NCBI GenBank assembly: GCA_965261545.1
Contig: CBDHDF010000010.1
Span: 1,024,001 to 1,088,000, forward strand
Length of the DNA stretch: 64,000 nucleotides
Direction of reading: 5' to 3'
DNA from: Bdellovibrionales bacterium
Lineage (GTDB): Bacteria > Bdellovibrionota > Bdellovibrionia > Bdellovibrionales > UBA1609
Shown here piece by piece: positions 31,454-41,063 of this stretch; positions within the stretch are counted from its first letter, which is position 1, and each line of letters begins with the position of its first letter. The notes below the pieces were generated by a model. It saw nothing but the letters and a program-made list of their open reading frames with translations, ran no database searches and was not told the origin of the DNA. Both the position numbers and the translations under genes were made by a program.

Positions 31454-32092
31454 ATGATAGGGTTGACGGGATTGTGGTTTAAGTTTAAACCATTGTCTAT
31501 GGCATTGGTACCTCATATCTTATTTTATCAGAGGCTTCTTTCGGGAGTTCTTATTACTGTTATCATAGCAGGGCTTTATTTTTATGCCAATTCTTACTCC
31601 ACTCCATTTTTGGATGCTCGTTTGGATTCTCATTATTCGGATTTTCATCAGGGACTTATCCAGAAAGAGAAGCGCTCCCTCGCTCCTTTGTGGTTACACC
31701 AATCTTACATTTCTTCTCAATCATCTGTTGTTTACGTTAATTATTGGTCCTATAACTGTAGAGTTTGCTTGGCGGAGCTTCCAATTCTTGCTCAATTCCA
31801 AAGTGAAGGATTGGCAGGCCAGTACAAGGTGCTTCTTTTTAATGTGGACCAAGGTCTTGATTCTATTAAAGCAGTCAAGGATTATATGATTGAGAAATTT
31901 CCAAAGGTTCAGAGCATTTACTCACATCCATCGGCCTTTATAGAGGTTGGAAAGGTGGGGGTCATTCCTTACCATCAAATCATAGATAAAAATGGATATA
32001 TTGCCGTGGAGTTTATAGGTAAGATTGACTATCATAGGAAGGAGCAAATTAGAAATTGGATTCAGATATTATTGAAAGAGAGTGTGATTTAA
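31454..32092 (+). CDS. TlpA-like thioredoxin-fold protein
   Basis: TM anchor, VNYWSYNCRVCLAELP, IPYHQIIDKNG. Confidence 0.8.
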   Translation: MIGLTGLWFKFKPLSMALVPHILFYQRLLSGVLITVIIAGLYFYANSYSTPFLDARLDSHYSDFHQGLIQKEKRSLAPLWLHQSYISSQSSVVYVNYWSYNCRVCLAELPILAQFQSEGLAGQYKVLLFNVDQGLDSIKAVKDYMIEKFPKVQSIYSHPSAFIEVGKVGVIPYHQIIDKNGYIAVEFIGKIDYHRKEQIRNWIQILLKESVI

Positions 32093-32313
32093 AATGATAT
32101 TTATTCAAAGCTGCTGTTGTTTGAGAGCAAATTTCGTCATAAATAGTTGGGTCATCACCAATAGGCCCTTGGATACCCACCACGAGGTGAGAATTTAACT
32201 CTTCAATTTCAACTCGAAGACTTTTAGGACTTGTCTTATCATTTGTTTCATCATTTTTGTCTAGATCGAAGCTCATAAGAAATGAGTGGTGATTTGGATA
32301 GATCATAATAAAT
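31992..32313. repeat. 322-bp target duplication, left copy (right copy 34227-34548)
   Basis: The same sequence ATGGATATATTGCC...CATAATAAAT flanks both sides of IS1634 copy 2. Confidence 0.95.
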
Positions 32314-34226
32314 CCCGAGTTTGACAGCAGCATCTGCGTTAAAATGCGAAATTTCCAGAAATTGGGGTTGTACTGAAATATAATGGTAGCTGCTGGAAAA
32401 ATTAAAATTGACGTAAAAAAAGTGTAGAAAACAAAATAGGATTTTATCGTTTTAAATATTGATATATCATAGAAATATGTAGAAAATATCCTCATGTACA
32501 TCCAAACGACTAAAAACTCAAAAGGTCAGTGCTACTACCACCTTGTGGAGTCCTACAGAGAAAAAGGCAAATCCAAAAAACGCATGCTCATGTCCTTAGG
32601 TAAGGCTGGAGAAGGAGGAGAGGATAAGATTAATAGTTTGGCGCAGGCCGTATCCCGCCACCGAGAGCTTCTCACTGTGAGTCAATTGGCTAAGGAGCTT
32701 TACATCGAAGAGACTTTCATTTTGGGTCCCTTGCTGATTTTACAAAAGTTGTTTGATCAACTGGGTATCAATAAGACCCTCAAAGACATAAAAGATTCTC
32801 ATGAGAAAGTTCAATTTGATTTATGTAAGGTGATTTTTACCTTAGTTGCCACCCGATTTATTGCTCCTAGTTCCAAGTTAAAGGTTTTTGAGTATTGGCA
32901 AAAATCTTTTTACCCAGACATGATTAAGGGTGATTTGAGTCTCCAGCATATTTATCGGTCTATGGACTTACTTGCCTCCCATAAGGATGAAATAGAGAAC
33001 TCGCTTTATTGGGTGGGGCGAGATTTATTTAATTTCCAAGTAGACATTGTGTTGTATGATTTAACAACCTTACGCTTCGAGAGTACAAGAACAGACTTAG
33101 GGAAACTTCGTCAATTTGGCTATAGTAAAGAGAGACGATCAGACTGCACCCAAGTTGTCTTTGGTTTGTTGGTGAATCGGGATGGCATCCCTTTAGGTTT
33201 TGAGGTTTTCCCTGGTAATACTTTTGAAGGCAAGACGCTTTCAGATATTGTTGATAAAATGAGAAAAAAGTTTAATGTACGCCGTTTCATTTTTGTGGCT
33301 GATAGGGGGCTTTTATCAAAGGCTAATACTGACAAACTCAGTGAGGATCAAAGCGAGTTTATTGTTGGTATGAAGCTTGGATCTTTAAAAAAAGAAAAGA
33401 AACAAGAGGTCTATGATTTAAATCGTTTTAGCTGGGTATATGAGAATGAGCTTGCTGTTTACGAAACAGACCATGGGGGGCATAGATGTATTGTGACTTG
33501 GTCTAGGAAAAGAGCAGAGAGAGATAAAAAATCTAGAGAATCCCTTCTTGAAAAGATCGAAGGAAAACTATCTTCTAAAGGTGTTCAGTCTAGTACTTTT
33601 GTTTCCAATAAAGGTTATAAGAAATATGTAAAGATGGCTGACGACAAAAATAAAAAACATGAATTAAATGCAGAACAAATAGAATTAGATGAAAAAATTG
33701 ATGGTTTTTTTGCCGTCCTTACAAATGTCAAAGACTTGACGGCAGATGAGATTATTATCAACTACAAAGAATTGTGGAAAATTGAAGATGCTTTTGGTGA
33801 GTTAAAAGGGACTTTGAAAACACGTCCTGTTTTCCATTGGACAGACCAGAGGATTATTGGACATTTAACTCTATGCTTTTTAACTTATCTTTGTGAGGCC
33901 CACCTTACAAAATGTTTAAGAGATAAGAAGATGAACCTAAAAAGCCCAGCCATAGGCATTGGTCATGTTAAAGAGCGACCTTTAACTGTTGTAGAGGCCA
34001 TGAGGGAACTCAAGGAAGTTAGGGCTATCCCTGTTAAAATTCGTGATCAAGTCATTTGGACCCGCACAGATATCACTGGCAATGCCAACTCCTTATTTAA
34101 AGCCGCAGGCGTCCCCATCCCTCCCAGAATCCTTAATGCCCACAAGTGTGGATAAACAAAATACAACTATATGCGTTAATCCTTTAATATCATTCGTTTG
34201 ACGCAGATGCTGCTGTCAAACTCGGG
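32314..34226 (+). mobile_element. IS1634-family copy 2, intact (1913 bp)
   Basis: 26-bp IRs, full transposase, 322-bp DR. Confidence 0.97.
32494..34155 (+). CDS. IS1634-family transposase
   Basis: LVESYRE.GK, YDLTT, GYSKE.R.D, VADRG, Y..LWKIEDAF, RPVFHWT. Confidence 0.95.
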   Translation: MYIQTTKNSKGQCYYHLVESYREKGKSKKRMLMSLGKAGEGGEDKINSLAQAVSRHRELLTVSQLAKELYIEETFILGPLLILQKLFDQLGINKTLKDIKDSHEKVQFDLCKVIFTLVATRFIAPSSKLKVFEYWQKSFYPDMIKGDLSLQHIYRSMDLLASHKDEIENSLYWVGRDLFNFQVDIVLYDLTTLRFESTRTDLGKLRQFGYSKERRSDCTQVVFGLLVNRDGIPLGFEVFPGNTFEGKTLSDIVDKMRKKFNVRRFIFVADRGLLSKANTDKLSEDQSEFIVGMKLGSLKKEKKQEVYDLNRFSWVYENELAVYETDHGGHRCIVTWSRKRAERDKKSRESLLEKIEGKLSSKGVQSSTFVSNKGYKKYVKMADDKNKKHELNAEQIELDEKIDGFFAVLTNVKDLTADEIIINYKELWKIEDAFGELKGTLKTRPVFHWTDQRIIGHLTLCFLTYLCEAHLTKCLRDKKMNLKSPAIGIGHVKERPLTVVEAMRELKEVRAIPVKIRDQVIWTRTDITGNANSLFKAAGVPIPPRILNAHKCG

Positions 34227-34283
34227 ATGGATATATTGCCGTGGAGTTTATAGGTAAGATTGACTATCATAGGAAGGAGCAAA

Positions 34284-34739
34284 TTAGAAATTGGATTCAG
34301 ATATTATTGAAAGAGAGTGTGATTTAAAATGATATTTATTCAAAGCTGCTGTTGTTTGAGAGCAAATTTCGTCATAAATAGTTGGGTCATCACCAATAGG
34401 CCCTTGGATACCCACCACGAGGTGAGAATTTAACTCTTCAATTTCAACTCGAAGACTTTTAGGACTTGTCTTATCATTTGTTTCATCATTTTTGTCTAGA
34501 TCGAAGCTCATAAGAAATGAGTGGTGATTTGGATAGATCATAATAAATATATAGTGGCTCCTTACGTCAAGGAGGTATTGTTTTTCTTCAAATTGCTTCT
34601 TAAGCCTGAAGTATACCTTGAGGGCATCGGGTTCTTGGTGTTGGACGAAGTGGATACGGATGGCCCCATCGTAAATGGCAGCATTGAAGTCGGGGAGGAA
34701 ATAATGTGATTGAATTAGACTAGAGATGGTTTCTTCCAT
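34284..34739 (-). CDS. Hypothetical protein
   Basis: GGAGGA RBS; 151-aa ORF converging on tlpA. Confidence 0.7.
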   Translation of the reverse strand: MEETISSLIQSHYFLPDFNAAIYDGAIRIHFVQHQEPDALKVYFRLKKQFEEKQYLLDVRSHYIFIMIYPNHHSFLMSFDLDKNDETNDKTSPKSLRVEIEELNSHLVVGIQGPIGDDPTIYDEICSQTTAALNKYHFKSHSLSIISESNF

Positions 34740-34963
34740 AGATGGTCCTCCTTCAGTGTGAAATCAAACAGTAAGAGCAACAAGTTTAAGATTAGAAAAC
34801 TTGATTCCATAAAGTCCAATGTTTTTTTGATTTTCTAGCGTAAAGACCTAAAAAAATCCATAAAAATCCATTGTGGCTCGTTGGGAGAAGTTTTGGATGG
34901 ATAATGGAGGAGGGCGCGGAGCGATGAAGTGTCGATGATGCTCCTGCTGTCTTTTAGTCCGTA

Positions 34964-35101
34964 TTATTTCTGGCTATCTCCGAAAAGTTCGACGGCCGTC
35001 TTGGTCGTTCCGTTCTTACGAAGTTTAGCTTTGCGTGTTTTGCCCTTTTGAGCTTCTTTTCTTTTGCGAATCTTGCGTGTTTTCTTTGTGGGTGAGGCCA
35101 T
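34964..35101 (-). CDS. 45-aa very basic small protein (not in the ORF track)
   Basis: AAGGA RBS, then MASPTKKTRKIRKRKEAQKGKTRKAKLRKNGTTKTAVELFGDSQK*. Confidence 0.65.
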   Translation of the reverse strand: MASPTKKTRKIRKRKEAQKGKTRKAKLRKNGTTKTAVELFGDSQK

Positions 35102-35189
35102 GCTTCTTCCTTAGTTAGTGCTATTTTTATTATTTGCAACTGGCTAGCTCTTTGGTCACTAGTTTGCTGCTACTTATCCCTAGCATTTA

Positions 35190-36170
35190 TCAAAAGGAGG
35201 TTCCAAGGTCAATGCCATGCATGATTTTTCTACTCGCATCAGCTCTGGTGTCATGTTTTGTAAAAGAGTAGTTGAGGTGCCAGCGAGGAAAATTGAAGGT
35301 GGCTCCTGCGGTGTAACTATTGTTTTGTGTGATTTTGTCAATCTTTCCACCAGCCCGGAAGGTGATATACTTGGAAATGGTACTTTCCACTCCCCCGTGG
35401 TAGGAAATTTGATCGTCGGGGTTGTTTTTCTTGGGGAGAGTAATGTCAAATTTTATTTTTAGAAATGGGGATGTAATGTAGACAGCCCCTACCCCCCAGT
35501 TGGGAATGAGTCTTAAGTGGGGGGGGATTTTTGTGCTTGGCTCATTGAGGTGGTGGTAGACGAGGCCTAAGCCTAAAGCACTGTGGGGATTCCAATGAAG
35601 CCCAAGGATGCCATTCCATTGTCTGTAGGATTGTCGGGCTCCCTTTACTTCCTCTTGTTGCAATCTATAAACTGAAGCTCCAAGGGCCCATTGATTGTAA
35701 ATAAAATGACCCAAGGAAACTTGCCAAACTTTTTCTTTGATCTCCGAAAAGCCATCAATGATTTTACGACTTTGGGCGTACCTCACAGCCCCTGGGGCAA
35801 GGACTCCGGGATGATTATCGGCCATGGAAAATCCAAGGGTTGTTTCTTCGGAGTTCATCTCTGAATGGCCTGTGAAGTAGTACAAGGAACTACTAAGTAT
35901 AGGGGCATGGGCAAGGCTTGCGGGGTTGAGAAAGGCTGATTCACTGACCTCTGTGCTGGCGAGTCCTGCGCCACCAACTCCCTGTGAAATAGGTCCTAAC
36001 GTTAAAGAATAACTATATGCAGTATTTCCCGCTAAGTAAATCATGGAGTGTATGAGAAGGAGGGCTATAGAGTGAAAATGCCGAGGGTTCTCATAAGGCC
36101 ACAAGTTGTAAATACATTTGTACACATTAAGCGTGTTAAGCACATTAAGCATACTAAACACATTATACAA
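35190..36170 (-). CDS. Outer-membrane beta-barrel protein, FadL/PorV-like N-terminus
   Basis: GVGGAGLA...SAFLNPASL motif, beta strands, terminal Phe; start uncertain. Confidence 0.65.
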   Translation of the reverse strand: MYNVFSMLNVLNTLNVYKCIYNLWPYENPRHFHSIALLLIHSMIYLAGNTAYSYSLTLGPISQGVGGAGLASTEVSESAFLNPASLAHAPILSSSLYYFTGHSEMNSEETTLGFSMADNHPGVLAPGAVRYAQSRKIIDGFSEIKEKVWQVSLGHFIYNQWALGASVYRLQQEEVKGARQSYRQWNGILGLHWNPHSALGLGLVYHHLNEPSTKIPPHLRLIPNWGVGAVYITSPFLKIKFDITLPKKNNPDDQISYHGGVESTISKYITFRAGGKIDKITQNNSYTAGATFNFPRWHLNYSFTKHDTRADASRKIMHGIDLGTSF

Positions 36171-36350
36171 AGGGCATAGGTTTTGGCAAACTTTTAGTAT
36201 TATTTATATTAATTATTGGTTATATTTATGAATAAGACAAGTATATGTTATGCAATAAGTACAAGTTATATAATAAGTACAAGTTATGCAAGAGGCAAGA
36301 ATTATTGGGTTACAGCCATAGATTAAAGTTGTTTGCTAGGAGGGCATCTT

Positions 36351-38951
36351 ATGACTGAAGCGTCTCAAGCGCTAGAAAATACGTCTTCGATCCCTTTTGC
36401 TTCAATCCTAGGCTCTTCAGCCCTAACCCCTTCGGTTTTGGGCTCTTCACCCACTTTTGATTATGTTGTGGTGTCTTTTGAAAGTTTAGATAACTCTTTC
36501 CACAGCGGTTTTCTTGAAGAGATTTCTGCCTATGAAATGGCTTTATCTGCTCCTTCTATTCCCAAGAGCTTATCTGAGGGGCAAACGTTTAAAAATATAC
36601 AATTTCAGGGAAGGATTTCAGAAAGGTTCCATGCAAAGCTTTTTTTAAGGAAAATTGTTCTTAGGTGTGAGAGTCACATTTTTGTTTTTCAAGTGTCAGG
36701 TGCATGTGAAGCATGGAATCAAGTTACAGCCATACTCTCTTCTCTTCATCACAGGGAAGCATTTTCTCCCATTTTTTACAGTAAAAGCCAGTTGGAGAAA
36801 CAGTCTCACAAGGGGGATTTTCAGCAAAGAACACCTCCAGTTGAGGATTTTATGACAGGTGGTGAAGAAAGTGAAGCTCAATATGTCCGTGTTGACAATC
36901 CCTTTATGAATCCCCAGTGGTTTTATCCTTCATTATCTTCTTATTTTTTCAAGGCTTATATTGTGGTGGCCGATGAAGTCATTGGCGTTGAAAAGGTTCA
37001 TCGGTGTTTGTTGGATTTGGGGATCGACAGAAGTTATTTTTCAAAAAAGGCCAATGGGGTGAGTGTTGATTTTTTTGATAGTCTCATGGATCATCTTGGG
37101 CAACATTGTGATATCGAGGAGCTTCATCAAAGAGCTGGAACTAGGGTTGTTAAGACACATTTTTTAAGGGAATATCAGAATTTCTTTTCTTTCGTATACA
37201 ATCCGAATGTGGTTTTTAAGAGAATTCATCATTTCTTTGATCGATTGAGTCCATCGAGAACTTATTCCTATGAAAAGCTTAGTTATGTAAGTGGGCTTGT
37301 TTGCATGGGATGGAGGGAGGGGCACAAGCCTTCTCATCAAAAAAATCAAGATTGTGAATTCTGGAAATCTGTCTTTGAAACTCACCTTCATTTAATCACG
37401 GGGTTTCCTGGGCGGGTGAAGAAAGTGACATGTTGTCACGATGGTCATAGCTATTGTTCATACAAACTAGAATGGGAGCCAACGAAGTATAAGAGGTTAA
37501 TGACCTTCATGCTTCTTTTGACTTTTGGTTTATGTGCGTGGCTTTATATTCAAGGGGGTTTGCAATGGGTCGTATATATCTTATTGGGCTTGTGGATTTT
37601 AAGATTACTTTTTTCTTTGAGAGATGAAAGAGATAGAATAAAAGAAGAACTCAATATTCAAAATGAAGGTCTTATTCAAAAATATGGTGAACTTCAAGAT
37701 GCTAAGAATACAGCCTATGAAGCATACCACGAGGCTCAAATTCTCTCCGAATTGACAAAGAGAATTCATAGTTTTGAAAAAATTGAAAATATACTCAATC
37801 CCACACTTAAAGGCATTTGCGTTAGATTTGAGTATGATCGCGCTTTTGTTATGCTACCCGATAGTTTGCACAGTTATCTCGAAGTTAAATCGGCTTATGG
37901 TCTGAGGGAAAAGAGCTTACATATTTGGAACTATAAGGTGTCTTTGGTTGGTCAAGCTGAGTTGGCCAGGTTTATGGCAACGTCTTTTAAGACAGGTCAA
38001 CCTCTTATCTTAACAGATCTTCCACACTCTGAGGAATCTCAATTTAGCGAAGCTTCTCAGATTTTCATCAAAGCTTTTCATCCTGAAAATATATGCCTTA
38101 TGCCCATGAAAGTGAATGGTGAAGCTGTGGGCCTCTTGGTCGTGGAGAGAAAAAAAGAAGCCGGAGATATTTCACAAAGAGATATTACTCTTTTGGAGAG
38201 ATTGGGGCAGACCCTAGGGTTGGCCATAGAAAAGGAGAAACAATACGAGAGGGAATCTTTGCTGCGAAGTTCATTTCAAAGATTTGTTCCCATGAAATTG
38301 GTGGATAGTTTTTTAGACAAAACGATAGATGCATTGAAGAGTGAAAAGAAAAATATCACAGTGGTTTTTGTTGATATTAGGGACTTCACTGAACTGACGA
38401 ATCAAATGATCCCTGAAAAATTAGTTTATTTTCTCAATAGATTTTATTCAGTCACCAATATCGCAGCAAAAAATACAGGGGGAATGATTGATAAATTCTT
38501 AGGAGATGGAGTGCTTGTTCTTTGGGGAGTCTATAATGAATCTTTGAATTATGGTGAATCCTTGAGCCAAGAGTCAAGGGCCTTGGAGTTCTTTAAGCAA
38601 CTTCAAGGGGGGTTGAAAGCTATCAATGAGGAGGATGTTCAATGGAACCTTCCCGAGGTAAAAGTGGGTGTGGGTATGGGCTCTGGGGAAGCGATTGTTG
38701 GTACTTTGGGGGATAATATCAAAATGGAACACACGGCTGTGGGTCCGGTGGTCAATCTGGCCTCTCGTTTGGAGGGTTTATGCAAAATCCATGGCACTGA
38801 GTGTGTTGTCTCCTCTGAATTCCTGAAAAAGTTAAACCCCTTTGAGCAGAGTCAATTTGAGGTCTTGAGAGAAGAATATATACATGGTGTGGGTCGATAT
38901 ATAGAGGTGGGAGTGATTCGGCCTTCAGAAAAACAATTTTTTTCTCAATAA
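36351..38951 (+). CDS. Membrane adenylate/guanylate cyclase (class III) with GAF domain
   Basis: VFVDIRDFT, DKFLGDG, GPVVNLASRLEG; two TM segments; GAF-like region; AGGAGG RBS. Confidence 0.88.
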   Translation: MTEASQALENTSSIPFASILGSSALTPSVLGSSPTFDYVVVSFESLDNSFHSGFLEEISAYEMALSAPSIPKSLSEGQTFKNIQFQGRISERFHAKLFLRKIVLRCESHIFVFQVSGACEAWNQVTAILSSLHHREAFSPIFYSKSQLEKQSHKGDFQQRTPPVEDFMTGGEESEAQYVRVDNPFMNPQWFYPSLSSYFFKAYIVVADEVIGVEKVHRCLLDLGIDRSYFSKKANGVSVDFFDSLMDHLGQHCDIEELHQRAGTRVVKTHFLREYQNFFSFVYNPNVVFKRIHHFFDRLSPSRTYSYEKLSYVSGLVCMGWREGHKPSHQKNQDCEFWKSVFETHLHLITGFPGRVKKVTCCHDGHSYCSYKLEWEPTKYKRLMTFMLLLTFGLCAWLYIQGGLQWVVYILLGLWILRLLFSLRDERDRIKEELNIQNEGLIQKYGELQDAKNTAYEAYHEAQILSELTKRIHSFEKIENILNPTLKGICVRFEYDRAFVMLPDSLHSYLEVKSAYGLREKSLHIWNYKVSLVGQAELARFMATSFKTGQPLILTDLPHSEESQFSEASQIFIKAFHPENICLMPMKVNGEAVGLLVVERKKEAGDISQRDITLLERLGQTLGLAIEKEKQYERESLLRSSFQRFVPMKLVDSFLDKTIDALKSEKKNITVVFVDIRDFTELTNQMIPEKLVYFLNRFYSVTNIAAKNTGGMIDKFLGDGVLVLWGVYNESLNYGESLSQESRALEFFKQLQGGLKAINEEDVQWNLPEVKVGVGMGSGEAIVGTLGDNIKMEHTAVGPVVNLASRLEGLCKIHGTECVVSSEFLKKLNPFEQSQFEVLREEYIHGVGRYIEVGVIRPSEKQFFSQ

Positions 38952-40079
38952 AAGTCAATAAAAGTCAATAAAAGAAATAGATATTCCGATAAGTTCGATA
39001 AGTCTAAGATAATTCTAAGATAATTCTAATCTAAGTTTAATTAAATCTAATTAAGCTTGATGATAAATCCTGTCATGGTTCGAAGGGCTCGAGGAATATA
39101 AGGAGAATTATAAGATTGTGAAAGTGGCGAAGAAGAAAAGATTGGCATGGAGATGGGTGGGTTTCGAGCCTGTAAACTATTTTGTGTAACTGCCGAATCA
39201 TATTAGGATGAACTATCATCCTGAAAGGAGAAGGCAGAATGGATATCAAGACAATAGGCAAGGAACTAGCGAAGAGCGTCAAGACCCAAAAGGATTTATC
39301 CGACATAACGGGTCAACTGATGAAGGTTGTTTTAGAGACAGCTCTTAATGCGGAAATGGACGATCACCTAGGTTATGAGAGGCATGAGAAGTCTGAGACC
39401 CGCAAATCCAACACTCGCAATGGTTACAGTAGAAAGACCATAAAGGGAGAGAAAGGCGAGGTGGAGCTTCAGGTCCCCCGTGACCGAAGTGCCTCCTTTG
39501 AGCCCCAAGTCATTCCCAAAGGCAAGACTCGTCTTGAGGGCTTTGAAGACAGTATTCTGACCCTCTATGCGAGGGGAATGACGACCAGGGATATTCAAGG
39601 AGCTATCAAAGACCTTTACCATGGTGCAGAGATATCCCACTCAGTGATAGCCAACGTGACGGATGCTGTTATTGATGAAGTTACGGCTTGGCAGAACCGC
39701 CCCTTGGATAGCACTTACCCTATCGTATTTTTGGACTGTATCGTGGTGAATGCTGAATTTCACGAGTTTGACCCACTGAATTTCACGAAGTTTGACCCAC
39801 CCCTCAGTCAGTCAATTTGAGGTCCAATTTTGAATTTCACGGTGGCTCAAACTTTGTCAATTTAAACCTTCTTTTTTCTGCTGACTCAGTAACTTTTACA
39901 CCCTCAATGTCACGATGTCCCAACGGTGGGTTAAGGCTTATTTGCCAGAATGTTAGATGCCAACTAAAATTGGCCACTTTGTCATTGAGAATCTCGACCC
40001 TCCCCATTTCTGAGGTTTCAATGGAGGGTTTTTCAATGGGGATGTTGAATCCATTGCTCAAAATGGCAGAGAATAGCGA

Positions 40080-40177
40080 GCCAGTTATCCACAAATTTAT
40101 CCATGGTGACGCTGCGTCTGTGACCCCGATGTCTATCAACGCAGCGCTGCCGTGGGTAAATTTTGTGGATAACTGGC
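40080..40177 (+). other. 98-bp conserved hairpin with DnaA-box 9-mers (IS21-A)
   Basis: About 38-bp imperfect inverted repeat GCCAGTTATCCACAAA...TTTGTGGATAACTGGC; 90/98 identical to 45296-45393. Confidence 0.85.
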
Positions 40178-40253
40178 GGGTACATGATTCAATAGTTCCG
40201 ATGGAGTGTCTCCCGATGGTGTCTTCCAAGGTCTGCCTTTGCATGGATTCTCC

Positions 40254-40982
40254 TTAAATCGTCTTTCTCTGCCTAAATGAGCTTCCAGACATGGCTATTT
40301 TGATAGCTTGAGAGGTTATGCGATCCATAATAGCTTCACAAACGATGGGATCCTCAATGACTTCACTCCAATTTTTTATTGGAAGTTGGGTTGTAAGAAT
40401 GAGGCTCAGGTCAGGGCCTCGTTCATCAATCACATCGTAAAGGTCTTGATATTGGTTAGAGGTAAGGGGCTTGATACCAAAATCATCCAACACAAGTATC
40501 GAGACTGATTTTAGCCTTTTAAGGAAGTTTAGATATGTCCCCTGGGCTCTTTCTAAGTTGAATTTTTCAACAAGAGTATTCATTCTGAAGAACTGAGTGG
40601 AAAAACCTTGGCGACAGGCGTGATTACCTATGGCACAAGCCAAATATGACTTTCCAACACCCGTTGGGCCAGAGATAATTATATTTTGACCTCTTTGAGC
40701 AAATCTCATAAGGGCTAGATCACTCAAAACTCTTCGATCGACTCCTCGGTTGGATTTGGTTTCAAAGGCCTCAAGGCTTGCTTTTTGCTGCAAAGCTGCT
40801 CTTTTGATAAGTCTTGAGACCTTCTGATTTTCACGATGGATTTTTTCGTCCTCAAAGATGACATTTAGAAAGTCCTCGTAACCAAGATCCTGCTCCTCAG
40901 CTTCTTTGAGCCTCTGGCTCAAGGTTGCTAAAACTCCCCTCATTTTTAATATCTCTAATAAATTTTCTGTTTGTTTAATCAT
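40254..40982 (-). CDS. istB: IS21 helper ATPase IstB
   Basis: GPTGVGKS, LVLDDFG, TTQLP..W, AIMDRI. Confidence 0.95.
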   Translation of the reverse strand: MIKQTENLLEILKMRGVLATLSQRLKEAEEQDLGYEDFLNVIFEDEKIHRENQKVSRLIKRAALQQKASLEAFETKSNRGVDRRVLSDLALMRFAQRGQNIIISGPTGVGKSYLACAIGNHACRQGFSTQFFRMNTLVEKFNLERAQGTYLNFLKRLKSVSILVLDDFGIKPLTSNQYQDLYDVIDERGPDLSLILTTQLPIKNWSEVIEDPIVCEAIMDRITSQAIKIAMSGSSFRQRKTI

Positions 40983-41063
40983 TTTCTTCTCCTATACGAC
41001 CTCTCTTATGGAGGTCAAAATGACCCGTTAGGTGGTTGAGAACCACCCACCGGGGCTATGTGA

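Noticed and set aside
32049..32501. 150-aa ORF, plus similar MYMRIFST ORFs at 22010, 49022 and 52532
   Set aside because: An antisense frame of the IS1634 left end running into flanking DNA; here it is fused to the duplicated 3' end of 34284-34739.
40080..40177. DnaA-box cluster as chromosomal oriC
   Set aside because: It lies inside mobile elements, occurs twice, and has no dnaA/dnaN/gidA context.
39837..40244. 135-aa ORF after istB as the cause of hairpin conservation
   Set aside because: It has an RBS, but 6 of 8 differences from IS21-B are non-synonymous in this frame, and no matching start was found in IS21-B.
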